Of a DNA stretch of 64,000 bases, positions 1 to 10,786 are shown in pieces. The position numbers and the translations under genes were made by a program. The notes under the pieces are model-generated. The model had not been told where the DNA came from. It did not search any database and saw only the letters and a program-made list of their open reading frames with translations. Positions within the stretch are counted from its first letter, which is position 1; each line of letters opens with the position of its first letter. This stretch comes from Giardia intestinalis (Eukaryota): assembly GCA_000002435.2 (NCBI GenBank), contig CM018792.1. The stretch is one strand, 5' to 3'.

Positions 1-3000
1 GATCTAAATGTGAAACTAGGGGAGCCAGAGACAGAAGAACGTCATCTGCAGAAGCGTTATCACACACAGACTGCAGCAGGCTATACCAAATTCTAGCAGC
101 TGGGGTATGATCCCCGGCAACATCTGTCTGAACGAGAAGATGATCGCCGCCGTGAATCTCAATTGTGTTGACGAGAACCCGAAAGAACCCACCCAAAATG
201 CCCTGTTCATCCCCTGTAAGTGTGAATGTGCGTAGGATTCGGGTATTCGCCGCAGTACTTGCTCTGGAATGACTGAACATGACTAAATAAAACGCAAATT
301 CACTAGTTCTACTCTTGACTACCTCTGAAAAGGCCCCTTCAAGTGTGTTTTCGTTACTAGACTCCTCTTCATTGAAGAGGCTTTGGTCGTATTCAACATT
401 CTTAAGAGACAGCCCCATGAAAGATGTTATCCGTGTAAAGGTTGTGAAGCTGTGCAGAATATTAAAGTGAGAGATACCGTACTCCACAATCCTGTCATCA
501 ACGTACTGATCTGGAACGCCGTCATTGAGCATACTACTGAGGATGACAGTCCCGTCGCCCTGGCCCGTCACAAATGTTGGAATCTGGTCTAGAAGTTCAG
601 AGTACTCCTGTATTGGTTTGGGGTACACAACGTGTATAGGAGTTTGTCGCCCGTAGGTTAATAAACTGATGTACCGAAAATCCTTTGGATTGGCTGGATA
701 GACAATAGGCTTGACTTGCCGCTGAGCAGAGAAGCTCCAGCACTTATCAAATTTAGGAAATATCAGGGCGTCTAGGGACCCCTTCACCGAAACCTTATCT
801 ATTAGCTCTGCTATGGGGCGCTCTGAAACAGATTTGCGAAGGGTCAGATCAGACCACGGATTTGCATAGGGGATTAGGATGATACGGTCTTTTTCTTTGT
901 CCTTTTTCCCTGGTGTGCCGGTCAGATCCAGGTTAGAGATTTCTTCTGTGCTGGGAGCATACTCCATGATTTCCGAGGCTCTATCAGACAAGGACAGGGA
1001 AGTACGTCTGCTCGTACGTTTGGAGTTTCCCCGAGACTCCTTGTCTGGTCTCGGCTTGGCAGCAGCTTTTCCGTGAGTATCAGAAGTCGAGTCGGCACTT
1101 TTCACTCGCTTTTTATGATTAGCTCTACAATGCTTAGAGTCACTATATGCACTCCCCGTGCTCGACACTATATTGTCAGTTTCCTCTGTAAAGCTGTTCG
1201 AGCCGAGCTCTGCACAACTATCAACGTCCATGCTATCTTCTTCCCCAGTAATATGGGTAAAGGAATGGTCTTGCGAGCCCTGATTGTCTGTGTAGCCATC
1301 AGTGTTAGGCGATGAACTTGAGGAGTTATAGTTGATAAACTTCTCTACTACAGATGTCCTTGCATCTGTTGATGCACGCCTGGCCTTAACATAGGCCGAG
1401 GAGACGCGCTCCTTCACGTAGATGGACGACGGATCCATCTTCTTTACAATCGATGCTATGCTGTCTGGGGTGTCGTTGAGGAGCACACCCTTTGACAGAT
1501 GTTTCGGTTCGCCTGTCTCTACCTTCTTTATCTTTTTCTCCCGTCGTAGCTTCGGAAGATCTGGGTAGTTCAATATGCACTTTTTTGACTTGACTATTCG
1601 TCCGTTGTAGTTGATGTGATGCGGTATATTTTCATACTCTGCTGCTAGCTCATCCATCAACATGGTTATCTCGCTATACCGTCGCAGGTGAGGATACTCA
1701 GACCAACGTATAACGCGCCCGCTGGTACCGTGGAATCCACCAGAGGTCTCTTTGTAGAAGGTCAAGAAGTCACTATCTTCTTTTATAGTAACAGTGTTCC
1801 CTTTGAAAATAAAATCAGGGTGAGAAAATATGTTCGCTAGCTTTCTGGTCTCATACGATCGAGGAATCACGGATCCATGTTCGTTAGAGTAGGTAACCCA
1901 TGGAGAGTAGCATTCCCATGAAAAGATTGGGTTTCCTGTGTGCTGATTTTGAACAACGCTGAGCTCATGATCGTTAACCAATTGGAAGGATGAACTGGTA
2001 ATGGATAGCGAATTCTGTTGGAGTGGACGTACTTTAATTGGCGAAAGCTCTGGCTCTGTCGTATTAGTCCTAGGGTCTGTCTCTTCACTACCGTTTGTCA
2101 CGTGTGTGTCCAGTACGTCAGTAAAATCATCTGTTTGCCCTGGTAGCCTTTGTAAAGTATTCTCTTCCTTTGGCTGAAGAGAACCCGGCATTGTCAGTGA
2201 AGTGTTGTCATAGTGGATCATTATGGAATCAAGCAGTGACCCACAGTTAATATCTAGTTGATAGATGGTAGCATCTTGTTGCAAAGGACAATTTTTATAC
2301 TGATGCTCTGAACTTACGGCGAGAATGGTAGCTGTTGCGCCCTGTGGCAATGAGGTTGTAGGGACCTCTACAATTGTGGTACGTGGACTCTCCTCCGCTG
2401 GCACAACGTCCTCGATTATCTTGGTCAGAGCAGAGGCATACTTGAAGTCATAAAGAGAACTAACAACACCTATTTCCTCTGGCGTTGCGAGTGCTTCCAG
2501 CTTCTTGAAAGCACGATTGAACGCATACTCTGGGAACAGGGTTCCACGACGACGCTTTTTTAAATGCAGAACCCCGTTGATTTCTATTTGCACGGCCTTT
2601 CTATGACAGCAATTTTGAAGAAGCGTTAGCGACCTCTCCACATCTTTTGTCAAAAGAGACGGGTCCTGCTGAATTTTCTCCAGAATACAGTATGCAAGAT
2701 TGGGCATTTTCTTCCTGTATGGAGTAAGATTCAAATGTATCTTAAATAGAGGTTGCTTTTCATTGTGCTGTGAGTCTGCAGAGTCCTTCATAAGAGTGGC
2801 TAGCTCTGTGCAAGTATCACTAGTAGCGTCGATATTGCTAGTAACGTCACTGCCTGGATCATAATTATTGCTGTCGTTATCACCGCCACTACTAGTACGC
2901 GGACAGAGCAGGCGCTTGACGTATATGTTAGTGCTGATGAACTTACTGCTGCAGGGGCTGCCCCCCGGACGTCCTGCCATAGAGATGATGGAGCCCGACG

Positions 3001-3683
3001 CGCCTTGTATCCCTCGCCCACAAGACATAGGTATAGGAAGCCGGAGACAATAGCCTGTTAGAAATCCTGCCATAGAATAACCACCCACTCCGTCAAATGG
3101 GACACTGATTGCTGCAAACCGTGAAATATCGTCATTCCAGTCGGGGTACGTCTGCATGTATGCCTGAACTACCAACCCTCCGAGTGAATGCGCAATTACC
3201 GTCAATCTCTGGCCACCGTTGCGACACCGCATGGCCTTGATACATTTTCGTAGATCCTCCTGAAGTTTGGGGTGTCCGATCTCCTGTCGCCAGTCATAGG
3301 AAAATGCGTCTATAGTGACGCCCTCCTCATAACCGCAATACTTCTTGAACCATTGCAGTAATGTTTCATAATAGTACCCTATTCGCCGCTTACGCAGCAT
3401 GCGCTCGAACCCTTTGAGTGTGAGTAAACGACGGGCCCCCTCGAGCCCCGGGTAAGGCGTAACATCGACATACTTCGCAACATGTGATTCTACCCACAAA
3501 GTTTCTAAATCTGGGGCACACCACAAGTCGTTGGCCACCTTCGTGGCTATCATCATCCGCGGAATAATCTGAGAATTAACCCATGCATCTTCTGCGTGAG
3601 CTGATATGCGTGATTTGGCACGCATTTTACTTCCGACTGTTCCATGAATGAGTAATACCGGCGGCGGCTTTGTTACCATGTAT
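1..3683 (-). CDS. LCAT-like / alpha-beta hydrolase family protein, partial: the C-terminal end runs off the window start. Translation by hand gives one continuous reading frame from ATG at 3683 down to position 1.
   Basis: The minus-strand frame is open over the whole 3.68 kb. The N-terminus reads MVTKPPPVLLIHGTVGSKM. A GxSxG nucleophile motif (VIAHSLGGLVVQAYM) is followed far downstream by GDGTV and a His region (GISHFNILH), the arrangement seen in the LCAT/PDAT lipase family. The start sits in an AT-rich context typical of Giardia. The six-frame track omits this ORF only because its stop codon lies outside the window. Confidence 0.6.
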
Positions 3684-3972
3684 TAAACTTTTTATCAACG
3701 ATATCCATGTACTACATTTTCAACTTCATATGAAATCCAAAGATAGATATAAGCAAACTAGTAGGTAGCATACCTCATTCTTAAGGCAGTGTTCATAACA
3801 TCATATAAAGACAGGACACTACGCTAGACATTAATCTATGGGATTATTGCTTAGTTCATCGCGAAAATGAACATAATCTAGGCATCAATTCCTCTTGTGG
3901 CCAGCTCAATCTTGCATATATTTAAGCAGGAAGCATGATTTGAGGGCTGATTTGCTTTTCAGTTAAGTCTCT

Positions 3973-4728
3973 TTGATTTTCGGAGCTAGTGAAATGCTCT
4001 ACCTTCTGCTTTTGCTCCCTTCTAGCTTTCTACTAAACACTTTCCCAAACACCCCGTGCCTCAGCAGTGTCCGTATAGTGGTTCGTGAAGAGGATCTGTG
4101 TTTTGAGGTCTCCCATGCATCTTCCCCAGAATGCCCTCTCAATGGACTGGACACTGCCACCGCTAAGCTTCGAGTGATGCCATACAATGAATCCAAGAGT
4201 GCATATGTAATAAATCTCGGAACTGTCCCCATGAGCGTCAGCAAGTTCTGTCACCCGGGGCGGCACTACGATGTCCTCGAATCGAAGCTTCTGTTTTCTT
4301 TAGACAATGAAGAATGGCTTGTGTGCAAGAAAAAATCCCTCAAGATCCTCAAGACCATCTTCAGGGAGGGAACCGGCCAACAAGTCGATGAAACCATGTC
4401 AGGTAAAGTCCGTCGAAGCATATGGTACGAGCCTATCGATGGCTCAGCTCCCCAGGCAGTACTGATGCAGATGGAAGATGATGATTGGAGCTACTACGAC
4501 TTCAAATTCAGTCCGGTACCTGGCATTCATGACGCTATCCTGACGATGCGAGTGGGTGAAGGGGCAGTATTCTACATTCCGTACCAAGAGGCGTTCGGGG
4601 AGCATGGCTCAGACACAATACCCCCTAGAGCCCAGGTGATCATGCGATTCGAGATCTTCGAGGCATTTCCCAGCACAGAGGAGGAGATCATATATGAACA
4701 GCCCCGTAATGACGAGGATGACGATTAG
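3973..4728 (+). CDS. FKBP-type peptidyl-prolyl isomerase-like protein with an N-terminal signal peptide. An alternative start is Met at 3994 (MLYLLLLLPSS).
   Basis: 251-aa ORF. The C-terminal half has an FKBP-fold signature (LTMRVGEGAVFYIPYQEAFGEHGSDTIPPRAQVIMRFEIFE). The N-terminus is hydrophobic. An AGTAAAT poly(A) signal overlaps the stop codon at 4727-4733. Confidence 0.5.
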   Translation: MIFGASEMLYLLLLLPSSFLLNTFPNTPCLSSVRIVVREEDLCFEVSHASSPECPLNGLDTATAKLRVMPYNESKSAYVINLGTVPMSVSKFCHPGRHYDVLESKLLFSLDNEEWLVCKKKSLKILKTIFREGTGQQVDETMSGKVRRSIWYEPIDGSAPQAVLMQMEDDDWSYYDFKFSPVPGIHDAILTMRVGEGAVFYIPYQEAFGEHGSDTIPPRAQVIMRFEIFEAFPSTEEEIIYEQPRNDEDDD

Positions 4729-4733
4729 TAAAT
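4727..4733 (+). terminator. Giardia polyadenylation signal AGTRAAY (AGTAAAT) overlapping the TAG stop of the FKBP-like gene.
   Basis: The stop codon at 4726-4728 is immediately followed by aaat, giving AGTAAAT. This matches the established Giardia poly(A) consensus. Confidence 0.5.
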
Positions 4734-4869
4734 TTACATTAGCGGAATAGCTGTGAAAGGTGCTCATGCAGTGTACCGAGAGATGCTGAACAAGGCTAGG
4801 ACAGGGGGCTGATATAATTATTTAAATCATAATATAGCAATCTTCGCAGATTGACAATTGGATTCAATT

Positions 4870-7740
4870 TTAAAGGAAATCTGAATTTCTATTTAATTTC
4901 CTAAGGTCAGAGAAGGACTGACTCTTGGTTTCCCGAGAACCACCCTCTACATTTATACTCTGTTTGCCTGAGGCCTGTAGCTTCTCTATGCATTTCTGAA
5001 TATCTGCCCGCGAACCCGTAACTGACCGGGGCTTCTGGATTCTTATCTTCTCCAGCTTGACATCCGTTATAGGCTTGAACAAGCCGGTTCCATAAAAAAT
5101 ACTAACACGCTCAGAAGTACTATCATGAAGAGAGGAACGTATATCATCGTCCATCAAATCACTAATATAGCACCGTTGCAGCAAGTCTGGAGCAGATAAA
5201 ATTCTCCGTGTGACTAAGGGAGCCTGTAAGGATCTGTTTTCACAAAGGGATAGTCTACAACGTGGTGGGGACGCCTTTGCTAGAGGTGCACTCCTTATTG
5301 GAGTAGAGAAAATTGGAGATAAAGTTGTAGTGTTGATACTTATTGCACAGGCTTCGGGATCTAATGCAACTGTCAAGTGTGGGTCGGCTGCCCACGCTCC
5401 GTGGCCATCAAAGGCATCTATGGACGCTAATGAGCTAACCGTGTGGACGCTACCCTCTGTCCATGCAATTCGATCAGAGGCGCTGTCTGTGGGTCGATAT
5501 CGCATTGGGGTAGGCTTCATGTTAAAGCGCCGAGTGGCCCGGTATGGTACTCTATGGTCAGATCTGCCCGTAACCTCAACTGCCCAATCCGGTGGCTTGA
5601 GTAACTGGTCACGATCACCCAAACAAGAGCTCTGGTCGGTTATTACACAGGTGGTACTCTTATGTGTCTGCTCTGGGCATCCAGCTGATTCCTTGCCAGC
5701 AATGTGTTTTGAGGCAGTCAAGTAGCTGTCAGAAAGTGAATGATTCTTACACTCCTTATCTTTAGACATTTCCTTCTTGTAAGGTGAGGTAGCCAGATCA
5801 ACATTGGGCGCCATGCTGCTTGCTCTTGTGTCTGTGGAAACGTCAAGGTCAACGACAGGATCAATCTTGACAACAGCCCCTTTACTGCCTCCTCCAGGTC
5901 CATGCTTGTGCCTCAGAAGCTCCTTGACAGATAGAGGCGTTGGAGCAATGCACGTGGTAACAGATTCACTATCTATTACAGGAGTGGGGTTAATCTGGGG
6001 AACCGCTAGTGACGATGCATTGCAGTAGAAGGTCTGAAGTGAGGATGGGTTAGTTGCGTTGCGGTGTGATTCGGTCCTAATGCTTGCAGATGCAGTGTGG
6101 GTACCAATATTAGGGTTGGTGTGTTCTAAGAATTGAGAGTCAATACTGGCAACAGAAACGCCTTTGCTTAAGGTGCTGGAGGGCAATCTCTTGGGGGACT
6201 TTAGCTGTCCACTGCCTCTGTTACTTTCACTTTCTGGTCCTGTTGATTGGCAGAGAGAGCTGAGCTTAGACGCCCGTACACTCTTCTTTTCCTTCTTCTT
6301 TAGAAGCTGTTTGCTCTCGGACACACTGATGTTGGGAGGTACTGAATCTGTCACGGAACTTAGCTTTAATGCAGTGGAAGACTTATTTGGCTCTAATATT
6401 CCAGACTCTATGGGTTGCAATGAGGCATCAAGTGTGTGAGGAACGCGTACAAGGGTTTTAAACGCGGGTGATAGGCATATATCATCTTCTGTTGATCTGC
6501 TCTGGTCTGACGGGGTCTCTCCTCTTTGCAAAGGTGCCAGATCATCTACTTTCATAGGAGGAGACATCTCTCGATGCTCGAGTACGTGGCTTACAGATGG
6601 TGTTGTTGCTTCTGGATACTGGGAAACGAGCTCTGTAGATACGGTATTGAGCAGGAAGACATCCGGCCCCAACTCTGATACCATGTCTTCCTCTGTGTTG
6701 AAGTCAGCTGTGTTATCTATTTTCCTTTCATTACTCCCTAAATCTATAGTGCCAGGCTGGTCATTTTCTGCTTGAATAGACTCTATTACTTGCTTGAGAG
6801 TCATCGGAGACTTCTGGGGCGGTGATATATGTAACTTGGTAGGCTTCTCCTTTTCACCTTCCGGTTCCCAAAAGTGGTTCTTCTTCGTCGCCGAATGAAT
6901 AGCCATACGAGAGCGTATCGCCCGATCCATTGTAGCCCCCGGAAATGCTTGCTTGCTAAGGTGCTGAGGAGATCCAAACTGGGTGACTACTACAGGGGTG
7001 ATTGCTGTTCCTTGGAGTGATGGCAATTGAAGACTGACCTTCACAGGATGCCTTTGCGCTGCTACATGCGCTGCTGCTGCAGTTCCTGCAGCTGTATGAC
7101 TAGAAACGTGTCCGCTGCGTAAATGCTCACGAACAATCTCGGATTGAGGGATCTGGTAATCTCCAGGAGAGGTCTGCAGACCCGGATGTGAGGTGCCTGC
7201 CGGAGTAATACGAATTGATGCTGGAACTCGTTGTGAGAGAGCATTCCCATGTGACCGTGACACTGTTTGCGGAAGTAAGCGAGTTGCGTCGATAGTGTTA
7301 ACAGTCTTGGTGGTATTCCCTCGCATGATACCCTGTCGGTCTAATGAACGTGCTGCGGCATATGAGTTGGTAGTGTGTTCACCTGATTCTAAAACCGACA
7401 GGGTGGTGATGTAAGAGCTGCTGTCTCCTTTGGTAGAATCAAATGTACTTGAAAGTGGATTGATAAGTGATACTCCGTGCTTAGAGCGAAAATGAGGCGC
7501 ACTTCCGTACGCCTTCGTGTATCCCTGTGTAGTTCCAGATGCATACGGCGTTTTCACTGCACTCACAGGGCCTGCCTTCTTCCCTTGCATCTCAGCAATG
7601 GACAGAAGTAAGTGTGATTCCCCGGACGCAGATCTCCCAGGGTCCTGGTTGGTTGACGCAACTATAGCGTCATCCAGAGCAGCAAACCTGAATGGCATTA
7701 CTCTAAACGAGCTGCCGCGAAAATCCGGTGCTTTTTTCAA
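4870..7740 (-). CDS. Hypothetical Ser/Thr/Pro-rich low-complexity protein (956 aa).
   Basis: A single 2.87 kb ORF with no recognisable domain. Its start lies 12 bp downstream of the stop of the upstream minus-strand gene, the close spacing typical of Giardia. Confidence 0.45.
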   Translation of the reverse strand: MKKAPDFRGSSFRVMPFRFAALDDAIVASTNQDPGRSASGESHLLLSIAEMQGKKAGPVSAVKTPYASGTTQGYTKAYGSAPHFRSKHGVSLINPLSSTFDSTKGDSSSYITTLSVLESGEHTTNSYAAARSLDRQGIMRGNTTKTVNTIDATRLLPQTVSRSHGNALSQRVPASIRITPAGTSHPGLQTSPGDYQIPQSEIVREHLRSGHVSSHTAAGTAAAAHVAAQRHPVKVSLQLPSLQGTAITPVVVTQFGSPQHLSKQAFPGATMDRAIRSRMAIHSATKKNHFWEPEGEKEKPTKLHISPPQKSPMTLKQVIESIQAENDQPGTIDLGSNERKIDNTADFNTEEDMVSELGPDVFLLNTVSTELVSQYPEATTPSVSHVLEHREMSPPMKVDDLAPLQRGETPSDQSRSTEDDICLSPAFKTLVRVPHTLDASLQPIESGILEPNKSSTALKLSSVTDSVPPNISVSESKQLLKKKEKKSVRASKLSSLCQSTGPESESNRGSGQLKSPKRLPSSTLSKGVSVASIDSQFLEHTNPNIGTHTASASIRTESHRNATNPSSLQTFYCNASSLAVPQINPTPVIDSESVTTCIAPTPLSVKELLRHKHGPGGGSKGAVVKIDPVVDLDVSTDTRASSMAPNVDLATSPYKKEMSKDKECKNHSLSDSYLTASKHIAGKESAGCPEQTHKSTTCVITDQSSCLGDRDQLLKPPDWAVEVTGRSDHRVPYRATRRFNMKPTPMRYRPTDSASDRIAWTEGSVHTVSSLASIDAFDGHGAWAADPHLTVALDPEACAISINTTTLSPIFSTPIRSAPLAKASPPRCRLSLCENRSLQAPLVTRRILSAPDLLQRCYISDLMDDDIRSSLHDSTSERVSIFYGTGLFKPITDVKLEKIRIQKPRSVTGSRADIQKCIEKLQASGKQSINVEGGSRETKSQSFSDLRKLNRNSDFL

Positions 7741-7752
7741 GCGATGATTTAC

Positions 7753-9393
7753 TCATTTCAGGTCAGCGAAAAACGCCTGCCGCCTAGCTTTCACCTTGTT
7801 ACGGTCAAACGTATTGTTCTGTATTGTTGTTTTCAGCGAGGGCTCGGGAGCTGAAGCCTTAACCTTGTTAAAGAATTGCGCCATCTCGCTGTCTGTTGTG
7901 GACGATTCATCCTTTGGAAGTTCATCATCTCTTAGGGGTGCCTCTAGCACACCCTTTAACGGTATTGGGCCACCGTCTGAAGAATCCGAGCAATCTGGGT
8001 TTTGGGGAATTCCATCTCGTATTGGTGTAGTGGAATCATTGCGATCATCGGAGGTGTCTGTAGACGGAGCTCGGACGTACTTGTGACGAGATTCCTCGTC
8101 GAGAAGATCTATCTCTTCCGAATCTGAGCATTGCTCATCCTCACTAATTGGACCCGGGTCTTCTTGCTTCTCAACCAAATCGTACACCCACTTGGCATCC
8201 ATCATGTAGAAAACATCACTGAAGTGCTCTGCAATAGTCAGCAGGCTCTTATCTTCCGATAGCTCCATAACAGATACTGCTCCTTTGAACTCGCTACAAA
8301 ATACCCCATAGTGTATGGGTGGGTACAAACCAACAAGATGCACCACCCCGTCACTAGCCCCCAACAAGTAGTAGTTCCGGTACAACCGTATGACACTCTC
8401 TATGCTCTCCGATGTCGTCCTCAACTTATTCACTGGGAGACCGATGTCTAGCACCGAGAACAACAGGACACTGCCTTCAGATGTACCGCAATAGATATAG
8501 CGCTCGTTTGGGTCCATTATCATGCATGTCAAGCTAAATTCCTCGGGGGATGAGTTGTCCTTCAACCGAAAGACGGGATACTGCTGCTTTCTGCTCATTT
8601 TTCGAACCAATGATGAACGGTCATTGTGATCACCGTTCAGGATGTCGATGTCCTGACTAGGGTCTTGGTCTGCACCTCTTTTAGACTTGCTATTGTTCTT
8701 ACCCTTCCCGATCTCATAACAGTACAGCGTGCCGTCAGCTGACGACGCATATAGCTTGGACTGAAACTCTGACCATGCAAAGCCAGTAATGTAGTCCCCC
8801 GCGTCGCCCAACGACTGTAGTATCTTCAGGTCGGAGTAGTTGTTGCACACATTAATAATATGCACATAGCCCTCATCATCGCCGGCAGCGAGGTACAGAT
8901 GCTCCAGATAGACGAAGACCTCGAGGCAGGAGATGGGATGCTTACAAAGCCTCTTCTTCATTAGAATAACCTCAAAGGTGCATGCGGAAATGGGATCATC
9001 GCGTCCTCTGAAATCGGTTGCAGTGGTAGCAGTGGCAACAAGCTTCTCTGCACACTCTTCTATGTCGCTGGTCCCTACTATTTGAGTGATACTGATGCCT
9101 CCTCCGCTGTCAGTGGAGATCAGCGTCACATCATCCAGCCATTTCAGAGCCCGTATGGCGTCATTATTAGCCTTACAGGATAAGAGAAGCTGTGTTCCTG
9201 GAAAGTACTTGTTATAGTAGTCAAATTCATCTTCGTCGAACGAAATGCTCGACGAAATCTCCTCACCTGGGACGATCTGCCGTATGAAAATACTTCCAAA
9301 CGCTGTTCCGTAGGCAAAGATCTGAGAATTAGAGGAGTAGACCATGGCGGTTATGGTTCCCTCTACCTGTTGTGCCAATAGTTTCTCAGCCAT
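7753..9393 (-). CDS. WD40-repeat beta-propeller protein (546 aa).
   Basis: Recurrent WD-like blades (AGDDEGYVHIINV, ASSADGTLYCYEI, CGTSEGSVLLFSV, GASDGVVHLVGL). The C-terminal tail is acidic. Confidence 0.5.
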   Translation of the reverse strand: MAEKLLAQQVEGTITAMVYSSNSQIFAYGTAFGSIFIRQIVPGEEISSSISFDEDEFDYYNKYFPGTQLLLSCKANNDAIRALKWLDDVTLISTDSGGGISITQIVGTSDIEECAEKLVATATTATDFRGRDDPISACTFEVILMKKRLCKHPISCLEVFVYLEHLYLAAGDDEGYVHIINVCNNYSDLKILQSLGDAGDYITGFAWSEFQSKLYASSADGTLYCYEIGKGKNNSKSKRGADQDPSQDIDILNGDHNDRSSLVRKMSRKQQYPVFRLKDNSSPEEFSLTCMIMDPNERYIYCGTSEGSVLLFSVLDIGLPVNKLRTTSESIESVIRLYRNYYLLGASDGVVHLVGLYPPIHYGVFCSEFKGAVSVMELSEDKSLLTIAEHFSDVFYMMDAKWVYDLVEKQEDPGPISEDEQCSDSEEIDLLDEESRHKYVRAPSTDTSDDRNDSTTPIRDGIPQNPDCSDSSDGGPIPLKGVLEAPLRDDELPKDESSTTDSEMAQFFNKVKASAPEPSLKTTIQNNTFDRNKVKARRQAFFADLK

Positions 9394-9653
9394 GTCAGGC
9401 TACTTATGTGTTATGCGGTGTTGTGCGTGATTAACAACAGTAAGCAATTGGAAATTAAAATTGAATTTAGCATTACATTGCATTTTGCAATAAAATTAGA
9501 AATCGAAGGCCGCTCAACCGTCGAGAACGATAAGGAGCACGCCGGTGAAGCCAGTACTTTCGCCAAAAACTCGACGGGAGAAGTAATGTGTTTATTTTTG
9601 TCAGACTATTTTTTGATAGCACAATCAGTGGCTAAGTAGTCACAGGAAAAAAA

Positions 9654-10601
9654 ATGCCAAAGATTAATGAACTCGAGTGGAACACCGCCCTAGCATTCGC
9701 CAACGTTGACGTAGACCAAGTTGCAAAGGCCGATGCCAACAACATCTTTAAGCTCACTCAGGAGATTGAGGCACTCGTCAAAGAGGACAACGCGAGCTTG
9801 GCCAAATTCAAGATCAAGGAGGTTGGGAACCTGAAGGACCGCACGGCCGTCCTAAATATGGTGAAGATGTATCTCTCTACAGTCAAGCAGGGGCTTTCGT
9901 CCATCAAAAAGTTCACCGAGAAGGAGCTTAACGAGCAGCTCATCGTCGCCATGCAGTCAATCATCCTTGCGTCCAGATCTCTTCCTTGCGAGAAGCTTCA
10001 CCCAGTAGTCAAGCTGTTCGGGTCCATCTATGGCAAAAAGTTCATTGACCAGGCCCTCAGACTACCCTCGTCCGATCAGGCTGGCGGAAAGGATGCAAAC
10101 CCCAAAGATCCTCTAACAAAGGCTGATGACCAGCTCCGGTTCCTTCTCTTCCAGAACGAGCTGACGTCGGAGAGGGTCGATTTGGAGTACAACAAGATAC
10201 GGATGCGTGTTATGAAAATCCCGCGACAGCAGGTGCCTGCTCCCGTCCCAGTGGCCTCCGGACCATCCGGGGCAGGGCCTATCGATTCTCTGATGCCCAG
10301 CAGCGGCGGCGGCGATGCCTTCAATGGCAATGGTGGCGATGCCGGCAATATGGATTCTGACGGAGGTATGCCATCCCTTCTCCCCATCCCTGTATCCAAT
10401 GACGACTACAATGAAACGTGTTTCCCTCCTGTTAATAATAACGTGGACGATCCGTTTCCCACAAGGGATATCTGTCAGATAGACAACAAATCAGATGCAT
10501 TCAGTGCTGGGCCTGCTAACCCAGACCCCTCTCCAGATGACAAGCCCCTAACAATGGACTCCTCCATCCAGGACATGCTCAGAAAGCTGAACAACTACTG
10601 A
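9654..10601 (+). CDS. IST1-like / ESCRT-III-related protein with a C-terminal MIT-interacting motif (315 aa).
   Basis: The N-terminal helical domain follows the IST1 pattern (IILASRSL...KLFGSIYGKKF against IST1 LIWAAPRL...CAKYSKEY). A Pro/Gly-rich linker follows. The C-terminus IQDMLRKLNNY resembles an MIM1 motif (LxxRLxxL). Confidence 0.4.
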   Translation: MPKINELEWNTALAFANVDVDQVAKADANNIFKLTQEIEALVKEDNASLAKFKIKEVGNLKDRTAVLNMVKMYLSTVKQGLSSIKKFTEKELNEQLIVAMQSIILASRSLPCEKLHPVVKLFGSIYGKKFIDQALRLPSSDQAGGKDANPKDPLTKADDQLRFLLFQNELTSERVDLEYNKIRMRVMKIPRQQVPAPVPVASGPSGAGPIDSLMPSSGGGDAFNGNGGDAGNMDSDGGMPSLLPIPVSNDDYNETCFPPVNNNVDDPFPTRDICQIDNKSDAFSAGPANPDPSPDDKPLTMDSSIQDMLRKLNNY

Positions 10602-10643
10602 TCTCTTCGTTTTATTAGGTAAATTGATTGATTTTTTTGGCCC

Positions 10644-10763
10644 AAAATTCAAAAATTCAAAAATTTGGAAATTCAAAAATTCAAAAATTCAAAAATTTGG
10701 AAATTCAAAAATTTGGAAATTTGGAAATTTGGAAATTCAAAAATTTGGAAATTTGGAAATTTG
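10644..10763. repeat. Tandem array of about 15 A/T-rich octamers (AAAAATTC and AAATTTGG units) ending about 24 nt upstream of the CDC48 start codon.
   Basis: Direct reading gives ccaaaattcaaaaattcaaaaatttggaaattc...ggaaatttggaaatttgag. The track's long ORF 10628..13399 has an N-terminal KIQKFGNSKIQKF... section that is simply the translation of this repeat. Confidence 0.8.
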
Positions 10764-10786
10764 AGCCAGATAAAAAAACAAGCCTC

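Noticed and set aside
10628-10786. N-terminal 53 aa of the track's 923-aa CDC48 ORF (KIQKFGNSKIQKFKNLEIQKF...).
   Set aside because: This stretch is the in-frame translation of the upstream octamer tandem repeat. The conserved CDC48 N-domain begins at the Met at 10787, so the extension is non-coding promoter sequence.
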